From a virus (lineage: Duplodnaviria > Heunggongvirae > Uroviricota > Caudoviricetes): a DNA stretch of 19,493 nucleotides. The position numbers and the translations under genes were made by a program. Below, piece by piece: positions 1 through 8,486 of this stretch (the stretch's first letter is position 1; each line of letters opens with the position of its first letter). The stretch lies in the IMG/VR virus record IMGVR_UViG_3300028048_000050, positions 1 to 19,493 of that record; one strand, given 5' to 3'. Under the pieces are notes generated by a model. It worked only from the letters and a program-made list of their open reading frames with translations, was not told the origin of the DNA and ran no database searches.

Positions 1-204
1 TAATCCATTATCAGTTACTTTAATAACATGAAAATCATTTGTATCTTTAACAATTCCTCCCCACCATTTATTAGAACTTAAATACTCTATTATATTCTTG
101 TCTATTCCACATAAATGATAAGTATTATGAGTAGAAGTTTCACTTAAATCTATTAAACTATCTATAGTATTTTTTAATACTTTATAGTATAAATTACTTA
201 CCAT
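1..204 (-). CDS. Hypothetical protein, partial (runs off the left edge)
   Basis: Manual translation from ATG 204: MVSNLYYKVLKNTIDSLIDLSETSTHNTYHLCGIDKNIIEYLSSNKWWGGIVKDTNDFHVIKVTDNGL, open to the window edge; same strand as all neighbours. Confidence 0.65.
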   Translation of the reverse strand, partial: MVSNLYYKVLKNTIDSLIDLSETSTHNTYHLCGIDKNIIEYLSSNKWWGGIVKDTNDFHVIKVTDNGL

Positions 205-239
205 TTTCTCTTAAAATTCTACATTAACTACTAATTGAA

Positions 240-422
240 TCATACTTGTTCAATATTTGTTACTTCCGGATCTTCTATTTCACCTTCTTCCGAATCTTCT
301 ACTATTTCGTCATATGTACCAGATAATACTAAATCAGAAGCTTCATCAATACTATCAGCTTCAACTCTATAAGTTGTTTCATGTTCCACTACTCTGTGAA
401 GAGTTACTTCATATGTTTTCAT
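240..422 (-). CDS. Small acidic phage protein, DpnD/PcfM-like
   Basis: 60 aa; MKTYEVT...YRVEADSIDEA pattern resembles the DpnD/PcfM-like 'VEAxSxxEA' family (from memory); overlaps the upstream gene end. Confidence 0.6.
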   Translation of the reverse strand: MKTYEVTLHRVVEHETTYRVEADSIDEASDLVLSGTYDEIVEDSEEGEIEDPEVTNIEQV

Positions 423-759
423 AACGTTCTTTTATTTTATCTAAAATAAATGATAAAGCTTTATTTTCATCATATTCTCTTGTATCTAATTTTTCGTCAG
501 ATACAGTAAATGCAAAACAATTTAAATCGTCCTCTTCATGATGATGAAATAAATCTTCAGGAATAAAATTATCAAGTATATAATTCTCTAAATCTTCAGA
601 ATTAGTTAATACTTCAGGATTTTCGTAAATAAAATCCCATAAGTTATCTTCATAACACCATTCCCATAATTCTTCTAGAAATTCATTTTCATCTAAAATA
701 TTAAGGAAAGGATTAATAGATTTATTAATATCTATTATAATAAAATTGTATGTTGTCAT
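409..759 (-). CDS. Hypothetical acidic protein (116 aa)
   Basis: Track ORF 409..813; ATG at 759 (MTTYNF) lies 1 nt after the ligase TAA (761-763) and is the more plausible start. Confidence 0.7.
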   Translation of the reverse strand: MTTYNFIIIDINKSINPFLNILDENEFLEELWEWCYEDNLWDFIYENPEVLTNSEDLENYILDNFIPEDLFHHHEEDDLNCFAFTVSDEKLDTREYDENKALSFILDKIKERYENI

Positions 760-760
760 A

Positions 761-1984
761 TTAGATATCATATCTAAAAGCCTTAAAGGCTGGTTGAAGA
801 GGAACACCTTCATCAGAATAATAAAAGAATTTACATTCTCCTAATCTTCCTTTATATTTTTGTTCAAAATTATTCCAATATTCCTCTTTTTGTTCTCTAT
901 CTCCTAAAGGTTTAGCTTTAAATGTTTTTCCATCTTTGGTTTCACATATAAATACCATATCTTCAGAACCTCTTAATCCTAGTGCTGCATCAACTACTGT
1001 AAAGCAGTCATCTTTATAGCATTTGATTTTAATCATATCATTAGTTCTTTTTCCAAAACCATAAGGCTTATTTGGATTTCTAATAACTACTCCTTCAAAT
1101 CCTTCTTCTACATATTTATTATGTAATTCCATGATATTATCATAGCCAGATACTTTTACATGAGGAACCATTTGAAGTTGTAATTCTCCTTCTTCCCAAT
1201 GTCTATAAGGATCAAATGATAGACTAAGTTCTTTAGATATTTGATTAAGAATTTTAAGTCTAGTTTTAAATGGAATATTAGGATACATTACATCATAAAT
1301 GTATCCTTCTAACCATTTACAATCATAAGCATTCTTCTCTAAACGGGCAGCACCACTAATTTGTTGAAGACTTCTACCATGTTTATAAAGTTCCAAATCT
1401 AATATTACTTCTGGATGTCTTTGGAAAAACTCTATAAATTGTGGATGTTGAGTAAAATGAATACATGCCGAATCATAATTACCACCACCTCTAGAAGCAG
1501 TAACTATTTTACTTCCATTCCAATAAAAAGAACATCTTACTCCGTCTATTTTTCTTGAAGCATACCAATATTCTTCATTATCAATGGTAGATTTCTTTAC
1601 TTTATCAAATGCTTTAGCTAACATATGTTTCTTAAATCCATTAGCATCAGTATTTTCTTTAGGCAAAAGTTTATCAACTTCTTCTTTAGAATAAGTATAG
1701 AAATCTCTTTCTAATTCTTTATAACCCTTATCTTTCTTTTCTTTAATTAACGATAAGAATTTAAGAATAGTTTGTGCGTGTGTATCACGTTTTACTTTTC
1801 CTTCACAAATAGTAATACTAGGTTGTTCTACAACTTTACCACCCCATTGAGAAGATTGCCTATGAATTATATAACATTCGCCTTCTTTTTCATACCAAAT
1901 TTCAAAACATCTAATTTCTCCTTTAGCACCTCTAGTAACTAACCAAGTTCTAGTTTGTTCTTGTGAAGCAAATAAATCAGACAT
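761..1984 (-). CDS. lig: ATP-dependent DNA ligase
   Basis: Motif I ASRKIDGVRC (KxDG), motif III ILDLELY, motif IV EGFEGVVIR, motif V MIKIK, C-terminal OB domain; N-terminal ~100-aa WGR-like extension. Confidence 0.93.
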   Translation of the reverse strand: MSDLFASQEQTRTWLVTRGAKGEIRCFEIWYEKEGECYIIHRQSSQWGGKVVEQPSITICEGKVKRDTHAQTILKFLSLIKEKKDKGYKELERDFYTYSKEEVDKLLPKENTDANGFKKHMLAKAFDKVKKSTIDNEEYWYASRKIDGVRCSFYWNGSKIVTASRGGGNYDSACIHFTQHPQFIEFFQRHPEVILDLELYKHGRSLQQISGAARLEKNAYDCKWLEGYIYDVMYPNIPFKTRLKILNQISKELSLSFDPYRHWEEGELQLQMVPHVKVSGYDNIMELHNKYVEEGFEGVVIRNPNKPYGFGKRTNDMIKIKCYKDDCFTVVDAALGLRGSEDMVFICETKDGKTFKAKPLGDREQKEEYWNNFEQKYKGRLGECKFFYYSDEGVPLQPAFKAFRYDI

Positions 1985-2336
1985 TTTTGAAATACGCTTT
2001 TTTATCAGTTAAAAGGAAATCCCAAAGTTCTTCTAAACTATTTAGATGATATTTGATTTCCTTTTCTTCACCAAATATATCTCTTTCTTGTTTAACCGTA
2101 ACCAGTTTATCTTCTATATCTTCAAACATATAGTAAGATACCCAATCAGCTCCTTGTTCTGTAAAATGAGTATCTACAAATATATCAAACATTTTTCCTA
2201 CAGCTGAGTACCAATCTGATTCCCATAAATTACATCCATATTTAGAACCAGAAATAGCTACTTCCATTCTATCTACAGCCTTTTCAAATGTTTTAAATTC
2301 TGTAAGAAACTTGAAAAAATTCTCTTTGCTTATCAT
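1977..2336 (-). CDS. Hypothetical phage protein (119 aa)
   Basis: Intact ORF overlapping both neighbours; no recognised motif. Confidence 0.75.
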   Translation of the reverse strand: MISKENFFKFLTEFKTFEKAVDRMEVAISGSKYGCNLWESDWYSAVGKMFDIFVDTHFTEQGADWVSYYMFEDIEDKLVTVKQERDIFGEEKEIKYHLNSLEELWDFLLTDKKAYFKNV

Positions 2337-2833
2337 ACTTTAAAATTTGCATCGTCTCTTACAAGACCGCCGTCAGCTCCTCTTTCAGTTTCATCTAAAT
2401 CATCCACTTCTTCAAATTTCCAGTTTTCTGTTTTTCTTAGCATTACTTGAGCAACAGCATCTCCTACTTTATATGGAGCTAATTCATTCTCCATTTCAAG
2501 GATATTTAAATTGTAGTCTCCATCAGGAAATAATACGTCAAAAGAAGTTCTTAACTTAAAGAATACAAACCATTCTCCTCTATAACCAGAATCTATAGTT
2601 CCAGGAGCATTTGGAATATAAGCATCAGTTTTAGTATTAGAACTTCTAGGAACAATAGAACATTCATAACCTTCGGGAATAGCAGAAGCAAATCCTAAAC
2701 CATATTCAAATCTATCATATTTAGGATTATATTTCATAGAAGTAGCAATTAAATCTTTTCCAGCATCTCCAGAATGTTTAAATTGAGGAATTACAGCATT
2801 TTCATTAAGCTTTTTAAATTTGACATTAATCAT
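2333..2833 (-). CDS. dut: Trimeric dUTPase family protein (atypical motifs 4 and 5)
   Basis: VKFKKLNENAVIP start, motif 1 GDAGKDL, motif 2 PRSS, motif 3 GTIDSGYRGE, motif 4 GDAVAQ, motif 5 TERGADGG. Confidence 0.9.
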   Translation of the reverse strand: MINVKFKKLNENAVIPQFKHSGDAGKDLIATSMKYNPKYDRFEYGLGFASAIPEGYECSIVPRSSNTKTDAYIPNAPGTIDSGYRGEWFVFFKLRTSFDVLFPDGDYNLNILEMENELAPYKVGDAVAQVMLRKTENWKFEEVDDLDETERGADGGLVRDDANFKV

Positions 2834-3092
2834 TGTTATTGTAATAATTTATAAATTGTTGGCAAGCATTTCCACTTTCTGACCAAAAACACTTGATAAA
2901 TTTATCTTCATCATCATATAAAACTACAAAAGGATTTAATCTAGCACCAAATTCAGATTTAATTTGGTAACCTTCTTTCTTACCATTTTTAGTTTTAACA
3001 TCTATAAATTCCACAAAAAAAGGAGCTGAGAATTTAACTAATTCAATCAACTCCTTATCTTTTTTATCTTCATATACTACTTCAACTTTCAT
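2826..3092 (-). CDS. Hypothetical protein, possible thioredoxin/glutaredoxin-like fold lacking CxxC
   Basis: 88 aa; FGARLNPFVVLYD resembles the cis-Pro/beta-strand segment of redoxins; no N-terminal CxxC. Confidence 0.45.
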   Translation of the reverse strand: MKVEVVYEDKKDKELIELVKFSAPFFVEFIDVKTKNGKKEGYQIKSEFGARLNPFVVLYDDEDKFIKCFWSESGNACQQFINYYNNND

Positions 3093-3888
3093 AAAAACCT
3101 TTTTCTTCCGTTATTTCCCAAGTTAAAGTATCTATAATAAAACCTTTTCTACAATCTAAACATGCCCACTTTTTAGTAATTAGTGGACCCTTTAATTGTG
3201 TATGTCCAAATACTTGATATATTCCTTCTTCTCCAAGAGGACTTAATATTTTACTGGACATATTTACATGTTCCTTTATATCAGCCCATTCACAAGAACC
3301 ATATTCTGATTCTCCCCATCTATAATAAGATATATTGCTAATTAATTGTATATATTCATTATTTACTTTAGTTAAAGGAATATCATTTAATGCTAAAGCA
3401 ACATCCATTATAGATTTATATGCTGACTCTGGATACCTAAATTTTTTCCAGACTTCTTTAGCCCATCCATCAGTTATACCTGCGTGACTAAATATCACAT
3501 TATCTTCAACCCAAACCAAGTTAAAAAATTCTAAATTTTGTGAAAAAAACTTATGATATAATTCCCAATTTTTATAATCGGTTCGAGTTGCAGCATGGAA
3601 TTTAGACCAAATATAAGAGTCAGTATGATTTCCAGTTAATAAAATATATTTATTAGGTTCATTTTTCTTTAATGAAACAATATCATTTAACATTTTTAAA
3701 AGATTTTGAGAATCTTCAAATCTTTCACATTCCATAGATTTTGTTAAATAATTATCATGTATTTCATCATTGTATGGATCAAGATAGTCTCCTAAAAATA
3801 TTACTTTATCAACTCTATGTAAATTATTATGTATTGTCTCCCTCCAAAATTTCCTTCCGTGAAGGTCCGGAAGTATTAGAATTTTCAT
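3082..3888 (-). CDS. Calcineurin-like metallophosphoesterase
   Basis: DLHG, GDYLD, GNH, HAG and GHT motifs in canonical order. Confidence 0.9.
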   Translation of the reverse strand: MKILILPDLHGRKFWRETIHNNLHRVDKVIFLGDYLDPYNDEIHDNYLTKSMECERFEDSQNLLKMLNDIVSLKKNEPNKYILLTGNHTDSYIWSKFHAATRTDYKNWELYHKFFSQNLEFFNLVWVEDNVIFSHAGITDGWAKEVWKKFRYPESAYKSIMDVALALNDIPLTKVNNEYIQLISNISYYRWGESEYGSCEWADIKEHVNMSSKILSPLGEEGIYQVFGHTQLKGPLITKKWACLDCRKGFIIDTLTWEITEEKGFYES

Positions 3889-4147
3889 AGTTCATTCTAA
3901 ATCTAAAATCATTTATAAGAGGAATTAAATCCATCTCTAAATTATCTCCACATATACTCCATCCGTTTGTTTTTATGTGTATAAATTTACCTCCACCACC
4001 ATCTCTACTAGATAATGTTATTTCTTGAGGATCATCATCTCTACTTTCAGTACAATCCGGTTCTTGGATATATGTACAAGAAATAGAATCTAAAAGAATT
4101 TCATTTTCTTTTGGCCAGCCCTCTGTAATTACGTTAGCTCTATCCAT
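3827..4147 (-). CDS. Hypothetical phage protein (106 aa)
   Basis: Track ORF 3827..4204; ATG 4147 (MDRANV) avoids a long overlap with the membrane gene; contains RDGGGGKFIHIKTNGWSI; 3' end overlaps the next gene by 62 nt. Confidence 0.65.
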   Translation of the reverse strand: MDRANVITEGWPKENEILLDSISCTYIQEPDCTESRDDDPQEITLSSRDGGGGKFIHIKTNGWSICGDNLEMDLIPLINDFRFRMNYENSNTSGPSRKEILEGDNT

Positions 4148-4335
4148 ATTTTTAATATTAATGTTATTAAAAGTACGATTATAATTAACGCCAGTGGAAT
4201 CCATAATGGACTAAATACCCACCACCAACTCCAATCTATTTTATCATATATCTTAGCAAAGAAGAAAGCTAGAAATACTATTACAGCTAGTGGAGAAGCA
4301 CATCCAATGTTAATATTTTTATTTGTTGTTTCCAT
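4129..4335 (-). CDS. Small two-helix membrane protein (WSWWWVxSPLW type)
   Basis: Two hydrophobic segments flanking IDWSWWWVFSPLWIP, a motif I recognise from small phage membrane proteins. Confidence 0.75.
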   Translation of the reverse strand: METTNKNINIGCASPLAVIVFLAFFFAKIYDKIDWSWWWVFSPLWIPLALIIIVLLITLILKIWIELT

Positions 4336-4807
4336 GTTTCCAAAATTTATAAGTTATATCAATGGCTTTAAAATCATATTGACTATTACCTACATATTTT
4401 TGTTCAATTTTAAACATTCTTTGATTAGTATTTGGATTATCTAAAGAACCTTTTTCTTTTATATAAGGTCCTATTTTAATATAATCATAATTCCAAATTT
4501 CTAATTCTTTAGGTAAATCCGGAAGTCCTGTATACCAACCAACTTTTAAGTTAGTATGTAGTCTAATGAAATTTGCTAACTTATTTACTTCTTCTACATT
4601 ACCTCCCATAAATCCAACACATGTAATTCCTCTACTATGTTCTATAAGATTAGAAAGTTCTTCTTTCGTTAATTCTGTACCAATATCTTCCCAAAGTTCT
4701 GGACTATGACATCCAGGACAATGGAAAGGACAATTAGTTATATTTATACATAAAGCAATTTCATCTGGAAATTCACTAAATGTTATCATTGTATTAAGGT
4801 ATTTCAT
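4319..4807 (-). CDS. nrdG: Anaerobic ribonucleotide reductase activating enzyme (radical SAM)
   Basis: CPFHCPGC (CxxxCxxC), GFMGG, YIKIGPY, NTNQR; in the nrdD cluster. Confidence 0.93.
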   Translation of the reverse strand: MKYLNTMITFSEFPDEIALCINITNCPFHCPGCHSPELWEDIGTELTKEELSNLIEHSRGITCVGFMGGNVEEVNKLANFIRLHTNLKVGWYTGLPDLPKELEIWNYDYIKIGPYIKEKGSLDNPNTNQRMFKIEQKYVGNSQYDFKAIDITYKFWKHGNNK

Positions 4808-4809
4808 TT

Positions 4810-4914
4810 TTAATAATTATTTTTAGTATAAAGTTTATTTCCAGATTTCGTTTTTTCTAAATATTCTATTAATTCTGGGTCTGTAACTTTTTCCCATTCA
4901 TCTTCTTCATTCAT
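4810..4914 (-). CDS. Small hypothetical protein (34 aa)
   Basis: MNEEDEWEKVTDPELIEYLEKTKSGNKLYTKNNY; ATGA overlap with the FTR-like gene stop; TAA 2 nt before the nrdG ATG. Confidence 0.6.
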   Translation of the reverse strand: MNEEDEWEKVTDPELIEYLEKTKSGNKLYTKNNY

Positions 4915-5108
4915 ACTTCTTTAATATATAATTGGCAACAACATTTATCCCGTAATCTATAACTTTCACAGGGACAAGTAAGATCTCCATCGTTTTCCTC
5001 ATGAACACAAGGACATTTACCTTCATTTCTTTCTACTGCTTTAGTAATACCTTTAACAATTTTTTCATTTGGATTTAACTACCAACCTTCTTTAATTAAA
5101 TATTTCAT
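4911..5108 (-). CDS. Ferredoxin:thioredoxin reductase catalytic-subunit-like Fe-S protein (65 aa; in-frame TAG at codon 10)
   Basis: MKYLIKEGW[TAG]LNPNEKIVKGITKAVERNEGKCPCVHEENDGDLTCPCESYRLRDKCCCQLYIKEV; CPC/CPC/CxC motifs plus LNP; ATGA overlaps with the nrdD stop and the downstream ORF start. Confidence 0.85.
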
Positions 5109-7324
5109 CCAAACCAAACTCCTCCTTCCTCATTGTTATTAACACCGTAAACTCTTTTCTTTTGTTCTATTTTACGAGGATTACTAAAAGCACTTACAGG
5201 ACGAAGGTATCCAATAATTCTAGTCCAATAATCGATATTTTCACTACCACACTTAGGACATTTCTCAATAGGAGCATTTACTACATGACCACACTTTTTA
5301 CATTCACTTATAGGAATATTAAAAGTAAAGTAATTAGTACCTTCTTCTATAGCAAAATCAATTAATTTAAGATATTGTTCTTTCGAAAGATGTGCATCCA
5401 AGTTAGCGTGAAGTGCTTGTCCTCCATCACAATATGGAGCTACTTGTTTACCATGTAAAATAAATTTATCAAGAATAGAGGTATTGTCCCAAGGATTATA
5501 AAAATAACAGTTATATAAGTTCTGATCTTTAGGTACCCAATATCCATCCTTCTTATCATGTTCATAAAGTTTTACTCCTAATCCTTCTCCAGGAATTGCT
5601 TCACTATTAAATAAAATAGGTCTTTTCTTGTCTCTAATAGAATGTAATTTATTTTGTTCTTTAACAGTTCCAAATACTAATCGTAGAAATTTAATATATT
5701 CCTCATTATTAGAAACAGACATTCCTAAGAATTGAGCAGCTTCAGTATAACCGATAAGTCCAATAGTAGAATATAATTTTTTCATATAAATATATCCTCC
5801 ATTAGACGGACTGAACATACCTTTTTCTTCTAAATCATAAAGCATTGTTTTATATGCTATGTGATATTTGTAAACTCTCTCAAGAATACTGCAAAGATAA
5901 TTTCTAAAGCCTTCCATATCCTCTTCTGTAATATCTTTGTATAGAATACCAGAAGTTCCAAAGTAATTTGTATCTACAGTTTTAAAATAGTCTTGAGTGA
6001 TTCTATTAATATTAAGAGTAATTACATTACAAGAACCTGTCATAATTCCAGTCATTCCAGTAGTACTACTAAATGTATTTTCAGACATTTCATTAAGTAC
6101 TCTACAACAGCTAGCTAATGCTGATGGATTATTAGAAAGATAACAGAAGAAACTTCCACCTTTAGCCCATTCCTCGGCACATAAATCTTTATATTCCTTA
6201 TCAATTACATCATTACCATCATGTACCATAGCAAATGTGGTAACAGGGAATGTTAAAGGCTTAATAAGTCTAAGCTCTCTATGTAATTCCATGAATATTC
6301 TTTGAAGTGTATCTATTGCTTTCCATTCTGGTTTAGTTCCATCTGGATAATAGAATTCATCAAAGATAGATTCAAAATATGTTTTATCATAATACGAACA
6401 ATTACTAAATGGAGAATTATAACTTCTGTTACCAGCAGGCTGATTAACTCCATAAATAAATTGTTTCATACCTTTACGAATAGCTCTTCTAATAGTCATC
6501 GGTCTTAAACAATGATCAGATGTTGTATTTACATCTAATTTATTATACCAATTTGGACCATATTCTGCTATTACATAATAATTTAAAGCAATAAAGTAAT
6601 CACCTAAAGCTATAGCACCTTTTGCTGAGGCTGATAGTAAAAATACAAGATTTGTTACTTGTCCACTAAATGATTGAATATCGTTAGGAGGTGTTGGAGT
6701 TACTCCATCTATTACTCCTACTCCTTCAGCCATTAATGGGAATAAAGTTGCAGCCATACAATAAGGCTTAAGAACTGGAGAAGAAGCTTCGTCATGAGTA
6801 TAAATAACCCAATTCTCCAAATCCTTTATATATTGTTTACCCAAATCGTCTTCCTCAGGGAATAATTCATTGAGTTTATCTTTCATTCTTTGTCTTTGAA
6901 TACGTCTGTTTGTTACTTTATAAACTTCACCTTCTAAATTGGCTACATTTTTCATAGTAACATTAGCATTAGAATCTGTTTCTGAAGAAGTAGACGCATT
7001 ATCTCCAGAATTAGCATAATTATCCATGTAATCTAATCTTTCACGGATAAATCTTGCTTGTTTATGTTCTAATCTGTAAGTTTGATAACAATCTGCTATT
7101 TCGGAATAATCAAAGTTTCGTAATGTTTCAATTACTTGGTCTTGAATATCTTCAATAGTCATTTCATTCCATACTTTAACGGAATTAACTAATTCATTAT
7201 ATACATCATCATCTACAGTATATCCTACAGAATTAAAAGCAGCTTTAATTGCATTTTTAATCTTGTTAGGATTAAATTGTTCTTTTTTACCTGAACGTTT
7301 AATAATTAACATTTTTTCTTTCAT
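5105..7324 (-). CDS. nrdD: Anaerobic (class III) ribonucleoside-triphosphate reductase with N-terminal ATP cone
   Basis: ATP cone IIKRSGKKEQFNPNKI; finger-loop SCCR; Zn site CKKC...CPKC; glycyl-radical motif TRIIGY. Confidence 0.96.
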   Translation of the reverse strand: MKEKMLIIKRSGKKEQFNPNKIKNAIKAAFNSVGYTVDDDVYNELVNSVKVWNEMTIEDIQDQVIETLRNFDYSEIADCYQTYRLEHKQARFIRERLDYMDNYANSGDNASTSSETDSNANVTMKNVANLEGEVYKVTNRRIQRQRMKDKLNELFPEEDDLGKQYIKDLENWVIYTHDEASSPVLKPYCMAATLFPLMAEGVGVIDGVTPTPPNDIQSFSGQVTNLVFLLSASAKGAIALGDYFIALNYYVIAEYGPNWYNKLDVNTTSDHCLRPMTIRRAIRKGMKQFIYGVNQPAGNRSYNSPFSNCSYYDKTYFESIFDEFYYPDGTKPEWKAIDTLQRIFMELHRELRLIKPLTFPVTTFAMVHDGNDVIDKEYKDLCAEEWAKGGSFFCYLSNNPSALASCCRVLNEMSENTFSSTTGMTGIMTGSCNVITLNINRITQDYFKTVDTNYFGTSGILYKDITEEDMEGFRNYLCSILERVYKYHIAYKTMLYDLEEKGMFSPSNGGYIYMKKLYSTIGLIGYTEAAQFLGMSVSNNEEYIKFLRLVFGTVKEQNKLHSIRDKKRPILFNSEAIPGEGLGVKLYEHDKKDGYWVPKDQNLYNCYFYNPWDNTSILDKFILHGKQVAPYCDGGQALHANLDAHLSKEQYLKLIDFAIEEGTNYFTFNIPISECKKCGHVVNAPIEKCPKCGSENIDYWTRIIGYLRPVSAFSNPRKIEQKKRVYGVNNNEEGGVWFG

Positions 7325-7337
7325 AAAAATTTAAATT

Positions 7338-7378
7338 AAAAGGTTATAAGAATATTAATATATTCTTAATAACCCTTT
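7338..7378 (-). terminator. Putative intrinsic terminator between the ADP-ribosylglycohydrolase gene and nrdD
   Basis: Minus strand GGTTATTAAGAATAT-ATTA-ATATTCTTATAACC (one bulge) followed by TTTTAATTT. Confidence 0.55.
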
Positions 7379-7392
7379 AATCAAAATCATAT

Positions 7393-8238
7393 TTAGAGGT
7401 CTAAATTATACATTTTACTAAAGTCCTCTAAAATATTCAATAGATCACTAGGTAATCTATCTAATGTTTCATCAGCCAAATCTTTTGGAATTCCCCAATA
7501 TGCTGCAGCTAAACTACCTGCTATACAAGCTTGAGTATCTGTATCTCCTCTTAATAATATAGCTTCTCTTATAGTTTCTTCATATGAATGACTGTAAAGA
7601 AAACAACTTATTGCTTCTGGAACTGATTTTTGACAACTTACTTCAAACTTATATCCAGAATTTCTAATTTCTTGAGGAGTCCTATCAACTTTATACTTAT
7701 AATCAATAGTAGGAATTAATACAAAACCTTCCATATAAGGTGTATCATAATTCTCCCAATCATTATATTGTAGAATTCTAAATATTAAATTAGCAATAAC
7801 TTGAGCACCTTTTATACCTTCTGGATGATTATGACTTACAGAAGCTGACATTCCAGCAACAAGTTTTGTAGTTTCTAAACTTTCAAAACAACATCCCACA
7901 GGACTTACTCTCATAGCTGAACCATTTCCCCAACTATTATAAGGTTTAGGATTTTCTGTTTTTAACCATTGACGAAAGTTACCTCCATATCCAGCATTAG
8001 GATATTTATTACCTAAATCTTGCATAATATTGATAAGATCATTAGTATTAAAAGGTTCTTCTAGTAACCATTTAGATACAGCTAAAGTCATTACAGAATC
8101 ATCAGAAAAACGTGAATCATCAGACCATAATGGAAAATCTTTTTCAATATGAACTCCTTTTCTAAGAAATTCATAAGGAACTTCAATCATATCTCCACAA
8201 ATAGCTCCTAGTACAGGATTTTTTATAAATTTATCCAT
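7393..8238 (-). CDS. ADP-ribosylglycohydrolase (DraG/ARH family)
   Basis: GAICGD..PYEF, SDDSVMT, SWGNGSAMRVSP, SHNHPEG and GDTDT metal-binding motifs. Confidence 0.92.
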   Translation of the reverse strand: MDKFIKNPVLGAICGDMIEVPYEFLRKGVHIEKDFPLWSDDSRFSDDSVMTLAVSKWLLEEPFNTNDLINIMQDLGNKYPNAGYGGNFRQWLKTENPKPYNSWGNGSAMRVSPVGCCFESLETTKLVAGMSASVSHNHPEGIKGAQVIANLIFRILQYNDWENYDTPYMEGFVLIPTIDYKYKVDRTPQEIRNSGYKFEVSCQKSVPEAISCFLYSHSYEETIREAILLRGDTDTQACIAGSLAAAYWGIPKDLADETLDRLPSDLLNILEDFSKMYNLDL

Positions 8239-8240
8239 AA

Positions 8241-8486
8241 TTAATTATATTGTTCATAAAAAGCAAACTTACTTAATAACATTCTTTTCCATGTTATTTC
8301 AGACTCTTCATTAAATGGATCAATAACTAGTATGTCTTCTCGTTGTCCATCACATAAAACTGAAGGTTCATATCTGATTATATCACAATCAACAAGAATT
8401 TGTCCAAATCTTAAATCTGGATGTTTTTCAACTAATTTAGAAAGGGTTTCTAATATTAATTTATTATACTTTTGCCTTTCTTTCAT
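8241..8486 (-). CDS. Hypothetical phage protein (PDLRFGQ family)
   Basis: 81 aa containing HPDLRFGQIL, a motif common in small phage proteins; coupled to neighbours. Confidence 0.75.
   Translation of the reverse strand: MKERQKYNKLILETLSKLVEKHPDLRFGQILVDCDIIRYEPSVLCDGQREDILVIDPFNEESEITWKRMLLSKFAFYEQYN

Noticed and set aside
760-813. Track N-terminal extensions (starts 813, 4204, 9986)
   Set aside because: They overlap upstream genes extensively; downstream ATGs at 759, 4147 and 9950 fit the packing better.
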